Source of the DNA: an uncultured Alphaproteobacteria bacterium
GTDB taxonomy: Bacteria > Pseudomonadota > Alphaproteobacteria > Rhizobiales > Beijerinckiaceae
Direction: 5' to 3'
Assembly (NCBI GenBank): GCA_963816065.1
Contig: CAWFJG010000028.1
Span: 52,810 to 116,809, forward strand
DNA: 64,000 nt
Part shown: positions 10,701 through 21,906 of the stretch, one piece after another
Layout: each line of letters opens with the position of its first letter
Position numbering within the stretch: the first letter of the stretch is position 1
Notes under the pieces: generated by a model
Told to the model about the DNA's origin: nothing
The model's input: the letters and a program-made list of their open reading frames with translations, nothing else
The model's database searches: none
Position numbers and translations under genes: made by a program

Positions 10701-10924
10701 GCGCGTGCACTCGGTCCGATTTTGGCGCCATCCTAAAGCTGACGTCCGCGGAATCGACTGTCAACGTCAGCCATCGCCTGGAGGGGATAAATCGGAATTG
10801 AAGCTATCGCTGTGACAAGTGGACATTCGAGGAGGACCAGCCCATAATTCCGACCGGGACGTTGAGGGGAAGGCGCTTTTTGGCGATAGAATTGGTGGGA
10901 AAGCGTAGAAGCGCCACGCAATTC

Positions 10925-11620
10925 ATGCTCGCGCAAATCATGCTCGAGCAACCGGACGTCGCGGATTCGTACGACGAACTCCTGCTCGATTTACGGCTTT
11001 CTCCGCCTTTGGCGGCGGGGAACTCGCTTTTGGTGACCAGCACGGCTCCGGACGAAGGCAAGACGACGGTGTCATTATGCCTGGCGCTCACCGCCGCGCG
11101 CGCAGGACAGAAGACGCTGCTGATCGACGGCGATCTGCGACGCTCGTCGTTGACGGCTTCACTTGGAAGCGCCGACGGCTTGGGTCTTATCGAATTCCTT
11201 TTGGGTCAGGCCGAGGCCGCGGAAGCGATCCGTCCTCTTCGGACGTTGGAGACTGGGGAAGCCGCGGGCGTCAGCTTCATGCCGTCGGGCGGCAAACCGG
11301 CGACCGCGCTCGCGGCCGTGGACTGGTCCAAGGCGCGAGCGGCATTTCAGTCAATCTCGCAACAGTTCGATATCGTGCTGTTGGATTCGCCGCCGGTCCT
11401 GGCCGCCAACGACGCGCTGCTGTTCGCCAGAATTGTGGATGCGGCGCTGTTGGTGGTGGGGACAGGAAACGCCAATCTCGACGAGATACGGCGGGCCAAG
11501 GAGCAGTTGGGCGCGGTCGGGACACCGATCCTGGGCGCGGTTCTCAACCGTTTCGAGCCGAAGGTCCATGGACCCTCGAAAAGGCCCTACAGCGGCTATT
11601 ACCGCCGAACTCGGACATGA
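10925..11620 (+). CDS. CpsD/CapB-family stand-alone tyrosine kinase
   Basis: TSTAPDEGKTT Walker A, LIDGDLRR, LLDSPP, C-terminal YSGYY tyrosine cluster. Confidence 0.9.
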   Translation: MLAQIMLEQPDVADSYDELLLDLRLSPPLAAGNSLLVTSTAPDEGKTTVSLCLALTAARAGQKTLLIDGDLRRSSLTASLGSADGLGLIEFLLGQAEAAEAIRPLRTLETGEAAGVSFMPSGGKPATALAAVDWSKARAAFQSISQQFDIVLLDSPPVLAANDALLFARIVDAALLVVGTGNANLDEIRRAKEQLGAVGTPILGAVLNRFEPKVHGPSKRPYSGYYRRTRT

Positions 11621-11725
11621 GCGAAGCCGGCGGCAGCGTCCGGTGGACCGGCCTCCCCATTGGCTCGCCGAAGCGATCCCCTGCGCCGTTCAAGGTCCAG
11701 GCGTGATCGCCAATTCACGATTCTC

Positions 11726-12697
11726 ATGCGCGTCCTAGCCTATATCCACACGTTCAATGACGCCGACGTCATCGAAGGGACGCTCGATGCGGCGCGCCGT
11801 CAGACGCGGCCTCCCGACGCCGTTCTTCTCGTCGACAACGCGTCGACCGACGGAACGCTGGATCGGACGTTTCCCGACGGGGTCGAAGTGGTCCGCAACC
11901 CAAGCAATTTGGGCAGCTGCGGGGCGATTGGAGTTGGCCTTCGCTACGCGTTGGAGCATCAGTTCGACTGGATGTGGATCCTGGACGCCGACAGCGTCCC
12001 GGACCCGGAGGCGCTGGCGACGTTGCTCGACCTCTTCGCCAGCTTTCCAACCAAACGGCGGGAGGAGACGGGCTTCATCGCCTGCCTGCCGCTGGACCAA
12101 TCCATGGATCAACAACCGGTTCACGGCCTCGTCTTCACGCGCCACGGACGGATGGTCGTCGACGCGACGCCAGAGCAGCGGGTCTACGAGTGCCATATGA
12201 CAATCTGGTCCGGAGGCTTGTACCGCCTGGCGGCAATCCGGAACGTCGGCATTCCCAACCCGGATTACTTCGTTGATCGCGGTGAACTGGAATACATGTA
12301 TCGCATCATGAAGGCCGGCTACAAAGGCTGCATTCATCAGGACGCCATCCTTAGACACAACATCCGCGGCGAGCAAAGCCTGACCCCGACACGAAAGAAG
12401 CTGGGTCCCATTACGCTAACCTTCTACGATACCGCTCCTTTCCGCTGCTACCTGACGTGCCGAAACACACTTTATTTCACATTGTACGACATGAAGGATG
12501 GCCGTTTGGCGAAAGTACGCGAACTGTTTCGCGTGCGCTCCAGGCCGGGGCGTGGCGTAATGAGCGGGGTGGGCTGGCAGGCGGGTCTGTTTACGCTGAA
12601 CTTCGCACTCCGTCCTATGACCCACGGCGCGCACGTTCGCGCCTGCCTTCGCGGCGTCTGGCATGGAATTACCGGGAATATCGCAGCCCGCTTCTAG
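11726..12697 (+). CDS. Glycosyltransferase family 2
   Basis: MRVLAYIHTFND start, VDNASTDG, WILDAD. Confidence 0.9.
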   Translation: MRVLAYIHTFNDADVIEGTLDAARRQTRPPDAVLLVDNASTDGTLDRTFPDGVEVVRNPSNLGSCGAIGVGLRYALEHQFDWMWILDADSVPDPEALATLLDLFASFPTKRREETGFIACLPLDQSMDQQPVHGLVFTRHGRMVVDATPEQRVYECHMTIWSGGLYRLAAIRNVGIPNPDYFVDRGELEYMYRIMKAGYKGCIHQDAILRHNIRGEQSLTPTRKKLGPITLTFYDTAPFRCYLTCRNTLYFTLYDMKDGRLAKVRELFRVRSRPGRGVMSGVGWQAGLFTLNFALRPMTHGAHVRACLRGVWHGITGNIAARF

Positions 12698-12904
12698 GCA
12701 GATTCCGTTAGCCGGCCCAACGAAGGGGCCGAGTTCGAAGTCGACTGTCCCCGCTCGGGGCGCGAAGGACCCAAGGAACGACGGGCGCTTGGCGCGTCTT
12801 CGGGGTTCCTTCATGGTCTTTGTGATGAATTCGGTCTCGCTTGTCCGTTGCCCAGCTGGCCAATTGCAACCCGAGCGGGCTCCGTTCCACGGCCCGTTTC
12901 ATCC

Positions 12905-12978
12905 GCCTGGTTTTGCCTGTTTCGAGCCTGATAAGTGCCTGTTAACGACCTGTTCCGAGCCTGTTCGAGTGGCCTGCT
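12905..12978. repeat. Phased (G/A)CCTG direct repeats, about 11-bp period
   Basis: CCTG starts at 12906, 12916, 12927, 12938, 12949, 12960 and 12973. Confidence 0.6.
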
Positions 12979-13351
12979 CCAGGCCGCAACTGTTTGGTTG
13001 CATGATTGCCAGAGCCATGAAATTGCTGGAGTTTTTGGAATGGCCGGAATGGAGCGCCGGCCCTGGCGAAAAAAACCGCCCTGCTAGCAGGCAAACCGGA
13101 TCGGGCCGGTCCGGGCGATAAAGCCCCCGAGCACGGGCTTTCGGGCGCCCACTGGCGCAAGGGCGTTCGCATCTCCGCTCGACCACGCCATCCATCACGC
13201 CGTCGCCGACCTCAACCGCGAGCGCAGCCCCTATCCGTTGGCCAAGCCCCAGAGTCTCTGCTTAGTTGGGCTGACGAGCGCGGGAAACCTTCGCGGCGGT
13301 CATTTGGTCGCTTCAACCCGGACTTCACTCTTCCTTACTTCGGCGGCACAG

Positions 13352-14278
13352 ATGCGCGTCTTGGCCCATATCCACACGATGAACGACGAAGCCGTGATCG
13401 AACAGGCGCTCGAAGGGCTCCGGAGGCAGACACGACCGCCTGACGCCATCGTGATCGTCGACAACGGCTCGATCGATGCGACCTTGGACAGGACCTTCCC
13501 CGAAACCGCCACGCTCTATCGAAATCCAAGCAATCTCGGCACGAGCGGCACGATCCGGATTGGTTTCGAACACGCTCTGCGTCATGGGTTCGACTGGACC
13601 TGGGTCTTTGACGCGGACACGGTCCCAGAGCCCGACGCGCTCGAAAAACTGCTCGCCTTCTACGAACATCTGCCCGCGGCGAAGCAAGAACGCGTCTGCT
13701 TTTTGATCGGTTGGCCGCTGAACAAATCCGGGAAGGCCAAGCAGCCAGCGATAACTCTCTCAGCCGGAAAGCTGGAGTTCAAACCGCTGGATCCCGCTCG
13801 CGCCTTCACGGAATGCGACTGCATACTCTGGTCCGGAGGGCTTTTTCGCATGGCGGCTGTGGAGCGAATTGGCCTCCCGTCGGCCGACTATGTCCTCGAC
13901 ATCGCGGAGATCGAATATGGCTACCGCGCCCGGAAAGAAGGCTTTACCAGCTTTGTCGTTCACGACAGCGCCATACGCCATGACGTCGGCCGGCCGCCCG
14001 GAGCCCCGCCGCGGCGCTACCAATTCGGGCCGATCCGCTTTGTCTCGAATGAGACGCCCCCGATCCGCACGTACTACAGCGTCCGAAATATGATGTATTT
14101 CTGGTTGCACCAGCATAAGCCGCCCCGTGTCCTTCGGCCGCTGCGCTGGACCGCGTGGCGCGCGATCTTGCTGACGCTGAACTTTGCGGCGGACCCGCGC
14201 CGTCACCACGCGCAAATCTCCGCCTGCTTTCGCGGCGTCTGGCACGGCCTGACTGGCGACATTGCGAAGCGCTACTGA
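13352..14278 (+). CDS. Glycosyltransferase family 2
   Basis: MRVLAHIHTMND start, VDNGS, WVFDAD. Confidence 0.9.
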   Translation: MRVLAHIHTMNDEAVIEQALEGLRRQTRPPDAIVIVDNGSIDATLDRTFPETATLYRNPSNLGTSGTIRIGFEHALRHGFDWTWVFDADTVPEPDALEKLLAFYEHLPAAKQERVCFLIGWPLNKSGKAKQPAITLSAGKLEFKPLDPARAFTECDCILWSGGLFRMAAVERIGLPSADYVLDIAEIEYGYRARKEGFTSFVVHDSAIRHDVGRPPGAPPRRYQFGPIRFVSNETPPIRTYYSVRNMMYFWLHQHKPPRVLRPLRWTAWRAILLTLNFAADPRRHHAQISACFRGVWHGLTGDIAKRY

Positions 14279-14418
14279 TCCAGCGCGCGTTTCCGGCTTC
14301 GCTTGACGCGGCGTAGCGCGCTTAGTTAGGTACGTTGGCAACCTGGACGAATTGGCGGCCGCCGCCGCGATCCCCAGGGTTCGGCTGGGCGCAGCCGACC
14401 GCGTTTGGGGGTCTGGCA

Positions 14419-15333
14419 ATGCGCGTTCTGGCCCACGTCCACACTTTCAACGACGCAGCGGTGATCGACAGGGCGCTCGACGCGATCCGGCGCCAGACCC
14501 GCCCGGTCGACGCCATTGTCGTCGTGGACAACGCTTCGACGGACGGAACCCTCGACCGGAGCTTTTCGGAAGACGTCGTCGTCCTTCGAAATCGTACGAA
14601 TTTGGGCATGGGCGGCGCCATTGGGGTCGGGTTCTCCCACGCTCTCGAACAAGGATTTGACTGGACCTGGGTTCTCGACCCCGATGGCGTTCCAGAGCCC
14701 GACGCGCTTGAGAGACTGCTTGCATTTTTCGAGAGTCTGTCGCCCCAGCAACAGGAGCGAGTCGACTTCCTGGCCTGCCGGCTCGTCTCGGGCGGCAGCG
14801 GCCACCACCCGATCCTGTTCACTGGCTCAGGCCTGGAATACCTACCGAGAGACTATGACAAAACCATCCAATGCGATTGCTTCTTGTGGTCCGGTTCTCT
14901 ATTTCGGATGGCGGCTGTGAGAAAAATCGGACTGCCGTCGCCGGACTATTTTGCGGATCTGTCTGAGCTTGAATACGGCTTGAGGGCGAGGCAGCTCGGT
15001 TTCACCGGGTATATTGTCAGCGACAGCGCATTGCATCACAACGTCGGACGAGCTCCCGGAGCCAAAGGAAGGACCCTACGGTTGGGGCCTTTTTCCCTGC
15101 CGCTGTTTAAATCCTCGCCGTTGAGAGCCTATTACTATTCACGCAATGTACTCTATTTTTGGTTGCATGAATTCCGTCCCTATCGACCGCGCTGGGTGCT
15201 CCGAAGCATGGCGCACGCTTTTGTCTTCACGAGCGGCTTTGCGCTCCGGCCCATCAGCCACCGCCGGCATCTGGCGGCTTGCTTGCGCGGAGTTTGGGAT
15301 GGCCTGACTGCGCACATCGAGCGTCGGTACTGA
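14419..15333 (+). CDS. Glycosyltransferase family 2
   Basis: MRVLAHVHTFND start, VDNASTDG, WVLDPD. Confidence 0.9.
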   Translation: MRVLAHVHTFNDAAVIDRALDAIRRQTRPVDAIVVVDNASTDGTLDRSFSEDVVVLRNRTNLGMGGAIGVGFSHALEQGFDWTWVLDPDGVPEPDALERLLAFFESLSPQQQERVDFLACRLVSGGSGHHPILFTGSGLEYLPRDYDKTIQCDCFLWSGSLFRMAAVRKIGLPSPDYFADLSELEYGLRARQLGFTGYIVSDSALHHNVGRAPGAKGRTLRLGPFSLPLFKSSPLRAYYYSRNVLYFWLHEFRPYRPRWVLRSMAHAFVFTSGFALRPISHRRHLAACLRGVWDGLTAHIERRY

Positions 15334-15430
15334 CCTTTTGTTGTCAGCCTGCGTCCTCCAACTCTGAACTCAGGCGCCCGTCAGGCAGCGTGTCGAGGAG
15401 CACGCCCAGCGATCGTAGGAACATTGAGGT

Positions 15431-16351
15431 ATGCGCGTTCTCGCCCACATCACCACGTTCAACGAGGCTGAGTTCGTCGACCAGGCTCTGAGCGCGCTCC
15501 GCCGTCAGACCCGCCGGCCAGACGCCATCGTCATCGTCGACAATGGGTCGACCGACGGAACCGTCGACCGGCAGTTTCCGGAGGACGTCGTCGTCATCCG
15601 CAACTCCGAGGATCTCGGCGCAAGCGGCGCCATCAGAATGGGCTTCTCCTATGCCTCCGAACACGGTTTCGATTGGACCTGGGTGTTCGACGTGGACAGC
15701 GTTCCGGAGCCCGACGCACTCGAAAACCTGCTAGCGTTCTTTGAACAGATGGCCCCGTCGAAACGGGAGCAGGTCTGCTTCTTGGCCTGCCGGCTCGCCG
15801 GCGGCAACGCGGCCGGGCACAAGCCGATTGTGCTGACGGAGTCGGGTTTCGAATATGCGGCCACCGACGTTGGGGCCAGCTTTTGCAGCTGCGACTGCTA
15901 TATCTGGTCGGGCTCGCTGTTCCGGATGCCGGCGGTAACGAGGATCGGGCTGCCGTCAGCTGACTATTTCATGGATCTGGCGGAGCTCGAATATGGCTAC
16001 CGGGCGCGGCGCCTGGGCCTGACCGGCTATATCGTCGACAATAGCGTCCTCCACCACGATGTCGGCCGAGCCCCCGGCGTCACCGCGAAAATGTGGCGTT
16101 GGGGGCCTTTGTCCATCAAACTCATCGAAATGTCCCCGTTGCGATGCTACTACCACATACGGAACCTGATTTATTTTTGGCTGCATCAATGTCGTCCTTA
16201 TCGGCCTCGCTGGGTCATTCGCTCCATCCTTCATGCTCTGACCTTCCCGAGGACGTTCGCAGTCCGTCCAATCAGCCATGGCGAACATCTGCTGGCCTGT
16301 TTCAGGGGCGCCTGGGACGGTCTGACCGGGAACATAGAGCGTCGATACTGA
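15431..16351 (+). CDS. Glycosyltransferase family 2
   Basis: MRVLAHITTFNE start, VDNGSTDG, WVFDVD. Confidence 0.9.
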   Translation: MRVLAHITTFNEAEFVDQALSALRRQTRRPDAIVIVDNGSTDGTVDRQFPEDVVVIRNSEDLGASGAIRMGFSYASEHGFDWTWVFDVDSVPEPDALENLLAFFEQMAPSKREQVCFLACRLAGGNAAGHKPIVLTESGFEYAATDVGASFCSCDCYIWSGSLFRMPAVTRIGLPSADYFMDLAELEYGYRARRLGLTGYIVDNSVLHHDVGRAPGVTAKMWRWGPLSIKLIEMSPLRCYYHIRNLIYFWLHQCRPYRPRWVIRSILHALTFPRTFAVRPISHGEHLLACFRGAWDGLTGNIERRY

Positions 16352-16598
16352 CGCAAAGGACAGTCCAACCTCAAACAGGCGTTTTGCGGCCGGTCGGCAA
16401 GAGTACCGTCACAGATCCATGCGGAGCCTAGAACCGTCGCGCCGCAGCGGGCGATCCTGTCGCGTCTTCCAGGCGTTGCTCAATGGCCGCCTGCTCCATG
16501 CGCCGCGCCGCCTCGCGCCCAGTCGATCTGCCAAAACGCGAAAAATCGCCGACCGCCAAAACGTCGCATCGGCCAACTGCCGTTATTAGGCTACGCCC

Positions 16599-19161
16599 TT
16601 AGCTTCGCGGCCTGAGGTTCTCCGGGTCGTAAAGCGCCTTGTAGCCCACGGCGGCGACCTCCACGGGATAAGTATCGCCGAAATACTGGACGACCAACTC
16701 CCTCCCCTTGCGCGCATACTCCCAGGGCAAATAGGCAAGCGCGATGTTCTTGCCGATGGACGGGCCATAAGCGATTGAGGTGGTGTAGGATCGTCGACCA
16801 AGCGCATCGACGAGCGTCTCGCCGGTCTCGGGGGCCATCACGGGCAAGCTGCCCACCGGAAAGCGGGCGACGCCTCTGGAATCGACGTTGTCCGTCATCA
16901 TCAGCGTGCAAAGCATGGCGGGCTGGTTTGCGCGTTGCCTATAGGCGACGTGTTTGGCTTTGCCGCAGAAATCGACGTCCTTGATCTTCGGCCGCGCCAG
17001 GTCGGCCTCGAAGAGGTTGTATTCGGTCAACAAGTCGGCGTTCTGCAGGCGCAGGCTCTTCTCCATGCGCCGGCTGTTGGCGTAGGTCTCGATTCCGACC
17101 GCGATGGCGCCGGTCGAACGCAGCGCATCCCAAACGGCGAGGCCGTCGTCATAGGCCATGTGCAATTCAAAGCCCTGCTCGCCGACATAGGAAATGCGGA
17201 AGGCGGTTATGGCCTTGCCGGCGATCTCGATAGGCTTGATCGCCGCAAAGGGGAAGTTTTCCTGCGTCAGCCGCTCAGGGTCCTTCGCGACCTTTTGCAG
17301 ATTCGCGCGCGCGTTGGGGCCCCAGATTCCGATGGTCACGATCTTTTCCGTGAGGTCGGTGACGGTCACGTCGAAGCCTTTGTCGGCGGCGACGCGCCGA
17401 AGATAGTGAAAGTCCCGCGGTCCAGCGTCGGCGCCGTCAACCACGCGGCACAGGTCCGCCATCCGAAAGACGGTCAGATCCGCGCGCACCATCCCTTCCT
17501 CGTCTAGGAAGTGGGTGTAGACGCCTTTGCCGATGTTGGCGTCGCCGCCGATCTTCGCGGCGCACGCCCATTCCATCAAAGCGACGTGGTCCGGCCCCTC
17601 GACGGCGAAGACGGCGAAGTGCGACAGGTTGACGATGCCGCAATCGTCGCTCATCGCGAGATGTTCGGCATTGGAGACCCGCCAGAAGTGACGGTTGTCC
17701 CATTCGTTCTCGCGCACCGGGATGCGGTCGCCGTATTTGGCCAGAAGATGCTCGTTGGCCGCATAGCCGTGCGCGCGCTCCCAGCCGCCCAGCTCCATGA
17801 AATAGCCGCCGAGCTCCTTCTCCCGCTCATAAAAGGGCGAGCGACGGACGTTGCGGCCAGTTGCGTAAGGCTCGCGGGGGTGGATCGCCGGATTGTAGAC
17901 TTTCCGCGCCGCCTCCTTGCAGCGGCCTTCAATGAAGGCCTCCTCGAGTCTGGTGCGGATAGAAGCGGGCGTAGTCGATCCTGGCGTGGTCGATGCGGGT
18001 CCGTCCATCCGTCATCCAGTCAGCGAACAGCTTGGCCATCCCCGGGGCGTCCTTGACCCAGATCGCCACGGCGTACCAGAGACCTCGCGCCTTCCGGCTC
18101 TCGCCGATCGAGGGGCCGCCGTCGGCCGTCACCTGCAGAAGACCATTGAACGAGCGGCGCTCATCATAGCCGAGTTCCCCCAGAACCGGCGTCAGCTCGA
18201 TCGCGCGCTCCAGCGGCGCGAGGATCTGCTCCATGTCGAGGTCGCGCTGGGAGGGCGACAGACGCGCTTCGTGCTTTTCGAGGAGCGCGCGTGGATGGCA
18301 GAGGCGCGGATGCGCCTCCTCGTAGTAGCCCCACTCGATCATGCCGCCTTCCGACGTCTTTGGATCCCCGGTGTCGCGCATGTAGGCGGAGTTGCCCTGG
18401 TCGCGCAGCAGCGGCCAGCCGATTTCTTTGCCCGTGCCGGCGAATTGATTGTAGGGTCCAAAAAACGTGAGCGGATGGTCGACGGGCATGACCGGCAAGT
18501 CCTCGCCCGCCATTTCGGCGATCAGGCGCCCCCAAAGGCCTGCGCAGACGACGACGCGATCCGCAAGGATTGTGCCGCGCGGCGTCGCTACGCCCCGGAT
18601 GCGCCCGTCCTCGATGACGAGCGATTGGGCCGGTGTGTAGGCGAAGGTCTTGAGCTTGCCGGCAGCCCCCGCTTGATCGATCAGTTTGCCGGCCACGGTC
18701 TGTGAGCGTGGAATGACGAGCCCGGCGTCCGGATCCCACAGACCGCCCTGGATCTTGTCCTCCTCGATGAGCGGAAACTTCTCCTTGATCTCGGCGGCCT
18801 CGATGAGGCGGGCGCGTGTGCCGAAGGCCTTGCCCGAGGCGACTTTGCGACGGATCTCCTCCATCCGCGCGTCGTCGTCGACGCGGGCGACCTCGATGCC
18901 GCCGACCCGGGCGTAATGACCAAGTCTCTCGTAGAAATCGATGGAGTAAAGCGTCGTCCAACAAGACAGGAAGTCGTGGCTGGTCGCATAGCAGAAGTCG
19001 GAGGCGTGTGCAGTCGAGCCGATGTCCGTTGGCACGCCCGACTTGTCGATGCCGACGATATCGTCCCAGCCCCTTTCGGCAAGGTGGTGTGCGACGGATG
19101 CGCCGACGATCCCTCCGATTCCGACGATGACAACCTTCGCTTTGTCCGGCAATTGAGCCAA
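16599..19161 (-). CDS. Dimethylglycine dehydrogenase/oxidase-like (FAD domain + GcvT domain); +1 frameshift near 17949
   Basis: N-terminal VVIVGIGGIVG FAD motif (TTG start after GGAGG); C-terminal GcvT folate-binding domain (RISYVGEQGFE, RMEK, YDPEN); ORFs join at ...FYPHQ/LEEAF. Confidence 0.85.
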
Positions 19162-19203
19162 ATTGGACCTCCCTGAAGATCGAGCGCCCAATCGGGGGCA
19201 TTT

Positions 19204-19221
19204 ATTGAACCTATATTCAAT
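19204..19221. promoter_or_regulatory. Putative BetI operator (ATTGA-N8-TCAAT)
   Basis: ATTGAACCTATATTCAAT in the divergent region between the DMG dehydrogenase and choX. Confidence 0.7.
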
Positions 19222-19430
19222 TCGCCTTCTACAGCCAATCCCTCACCCGCCAAAACAGGCAACTATTTCGAGCGACGGACATGCGGTCACCTAGCGAGAA
19301 TTCGAGCAAAAATAACGTTGTTTCGGTATCGTGAGGCTAAATTTCGTGCGTGACAGCCTAACACGCCTATGCTTGAATAACCTTTCAATGGGTCACGCTG
19401 CAAGCGCCCAGAGGACGGAGGAGGAGTGGC

Positions 19431-20381
19431 ATGAAGAGACAGATGGGTGTTGTTGTGCTCGCGGCGGCGGTCGCGCTCGGAGCGTCCGGCGCGTTCGCAG
19501 GCAATTCGGAGGCGTGCAAGACGGTGAAGTTCTCCGACGTCGGCTGGACGGATATCACGTCGACGACGGCGATCGCGTCCCAAATCCTGACCGCGCTGGG
19601 CTACACGCCCAAGGTTACGGTCCTCTCCGTCCCGGTTACCTACACTTCGATGAAGAATAAGGACATTGACGTTTTCCTCGGCAATTGGGAGCCGTCGATG
19701 GAAAATGACCGTAAGCCATATGTCGAAGACAAGTCGGTTGTGGTCGTCGACGCCAACTTGCCAGAAGGAGCAAAATATACACTTGCAGTGCCGCAATATA
19801 CTTTCGATAAAGGTCTGAAGAGTTTTGCTGATATCGCCAAATTCAAGGATTCTCTTCACGGAAAACTTTATGGCATTGAGCCCGGCAACGACGGCAATCG
19901 CCTGGTCCTCGACATGATCAAGGATGGCAAGTTTGGCCTGAAGGACTTCCAGCTTGTCGAGTCGAGCGAGCAGGGCATGCTCTCCGAAGTCGAGAACGCC
20001 ACGCGCCACCATGAAGATGTGGTGTTCCTTGGTTGGGCGCCGCATCCGATGAACGTCAATTTCAAGATCGACTATCTCTCGGGGGGCGACGACATCTTCG
20101 GCCCCAACTACGGCGGCGCCGTCGTCTACACCAACGAACGCGCGGGTTGGGCCGAGGAGTGCCCCAACGCTGCGAAGCTGGTCAAGAATCTCGTGTTCAC
20201 CGTGGATATTGAAAACACGGTGATGAACAAGATCCTGACCGACGGAAAGGACGGGCCGGCCGCGGCCAAGGAATGGATCAAGACCAACCCCAAGGAGCTT
20301 GCGACGTGGCTCGACGGCGTCACGACCTTCGACGGTCAACCCGGGCTGCCGGCGGCGAAGAAGTTTTTCGGGCTCAGCTAA
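19431..20381 (+). CDS. choX: Choline ABC transporter substrate-binding protein
   Basis: Signal peptide; FSDVGWTDI, DVFLGNW, GIEPGNDGN, FLGWAPHPMN. Confidence 0.92.
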   Translation: MKRQMGVVVLAAAVALGASGAFAGNSEACKTVKFSDVGWTDITSTTAIASQILTALGYTPKVTVLSVPVTYTSMKNKDIDVFLGNWEPSMENDRKPYVEDKSVVVVDANLPEGAKYTLAVPQYTFDKGLKSFADIAKFKDSLHGKLYGIEPGNDGNRLVLDMIKDGKFGLKDFQLVESSEQGMLSEVENATRHHEDVVFLGWAPHPMNVNFKIDYLSGGDDIFGPNYGGAVVYTNERAGWAEECPNAAKLVKNLVFTVDIENTVMNKILTDGKDGPAAAKEWIKTNPKELATWLDGVTTFDGQPGLPAAKKFFGLS

Positions 20382-20395
20382 ATCGAGGCGTATAC

Positions 20396-20422
20396 GCGTC
20401 GACGCCGTTTGGACGTCGACGC
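20396..20422. other. Inverted repeat after choX (possible attenuating or mRNA-stabilising hairpin)
   Basis: GCGTCGACG-N9-CGTCGACGC; no U-tract. Confidence 0.35.
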
Positions 20423-20645
20423 ATCGCCATCGGTGCGAATGCCTGAAGCACAGTCGGCGGACGCCGTTCAACGGGTCGGGTTCGATACGCAATCGCCGCA
20501 AGCCCTTTTCGATCTCGTTTGTGCGCCGATCGCCTTGACGAGGCGAAAAACTGTAGACTACGTCGCAATCTGAAAAGCGTTGCGACCTCTCGTTTGCATC
20601 CGTTCCAAACGTCAACAGTCCGAGCGGAGCGTCGTGGAGAAGAAG

Positions 20646-21906
20646 ATGCTGGACCGGATCGATAGCCGAACTCGAGTCATTGCTGCGCAACAGGAGGTCC
20701 GGATATTCTCTGGACGCGCCTTTCTACACGGACCCGGATATTTTTGCGGCCGATCTCGAAATCATTTTCGGGCGGCATTGGATCTTTGTCGGCGTAGAGC
20801 CGGATGTCGCGGAGCCGGGCGACGCGATGGTCGTCGACGTCGGCAAAGCCTCGGTGGTTGTCGCGCGGGGCGACGATGGCCAGATGCGCGCCTTTCACAA
20901 CGTGTGCCGGCACCGGGGCGCCCGACTGGTGGAGCAATACAAGACCACAGTCGGCAATCTCGTCTGCCGGTATCACGCCTGGACTTACAACCTCGAAGGC
21001 AAGCTGCTCTTCGCCGAGCACATGGGCAAGGAATTCGATACGCGCTGCCACAACCTCAAGCCCGTGCATATCCGCTCCCTCGAAGGACTTCTCTTCATTT
21101 GTCTCGCTGACGATCCGCCCGCCGACTTCGATGTCATGGCTGCGCGCATGGCGCCCTATCTTGCCCCGCACGACCTCCGCAACGCCAAGGTCGCCTTTGA
21201 GAGCGATCTGATCGAGCCGGGCAACTGGAAGCTGACGATGGAGAACAATCGCGAGTGCTACCACTGCGCGCGAAACCATCCCGAGCTCACCGTGCCGCTG
21301 TTCGCCTACGGCTTCGGCTTCGCGCCGGAGGAACTGGACGACTTGGGGCGCCTCGAAGCCGAGCGCTACGCGGACCTCGTCAAGACGAGCCACACGACCT
21401 GGGAAAGCTGCGGCTTCCCCTCGCAGATGGTCGAACATCTCGACGACATGGCGACAGGCTTCCGCACTGAACGCCTGCCGCTCGATCGCGCAGGCGAGAG
21501 CCACACCACCGACACCAAGGCCGCTTGCCGTAAGCTGCTCGGCTCCATCAGCGATCCGAAGCATGGCGCACTGCACTTCTGGACCCAGCCCAACAGCTGG
21601 CATCATTTCATGAGCGATCACGCGGTGACTTTCTCGGCCATTCCCCTCGATGCAGATCACACGCTGCTTCGGACGAAATGGCTGGTCCACAAGGACGCCG
21701 TCGAGGGAGTCGACTACGATGTCGCCAATCTCGCCGCGGTCTGGCAGGCCACGAATGAGCAGGACAGCGAGTTGGTCGGCCTCTGCCAGAAAGGCGCTCA
21801 TAGTCAAGCGTACGAGCCCGGCCCCTATTCGGCGCACACCGAAATGCTCGTGGACAAGTTCTGCAATTGGTATGTGGGACGCATGCGCGCCCATAACGCT
21901 CGCTGA
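20646..21906 (+). CDS. gbcA: Rieske oxygenase alpha subunit, glycine betaine demethylase (GbcA/Stc2-like); probable +1 insertion near 20664
   Basis: Rieske CRHRG...CRYHAW and NWK...ENNRECYHC..NH motifs; true N-terminus probably MLDRID/AELESLLRNRR. Confidence 0.85.
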
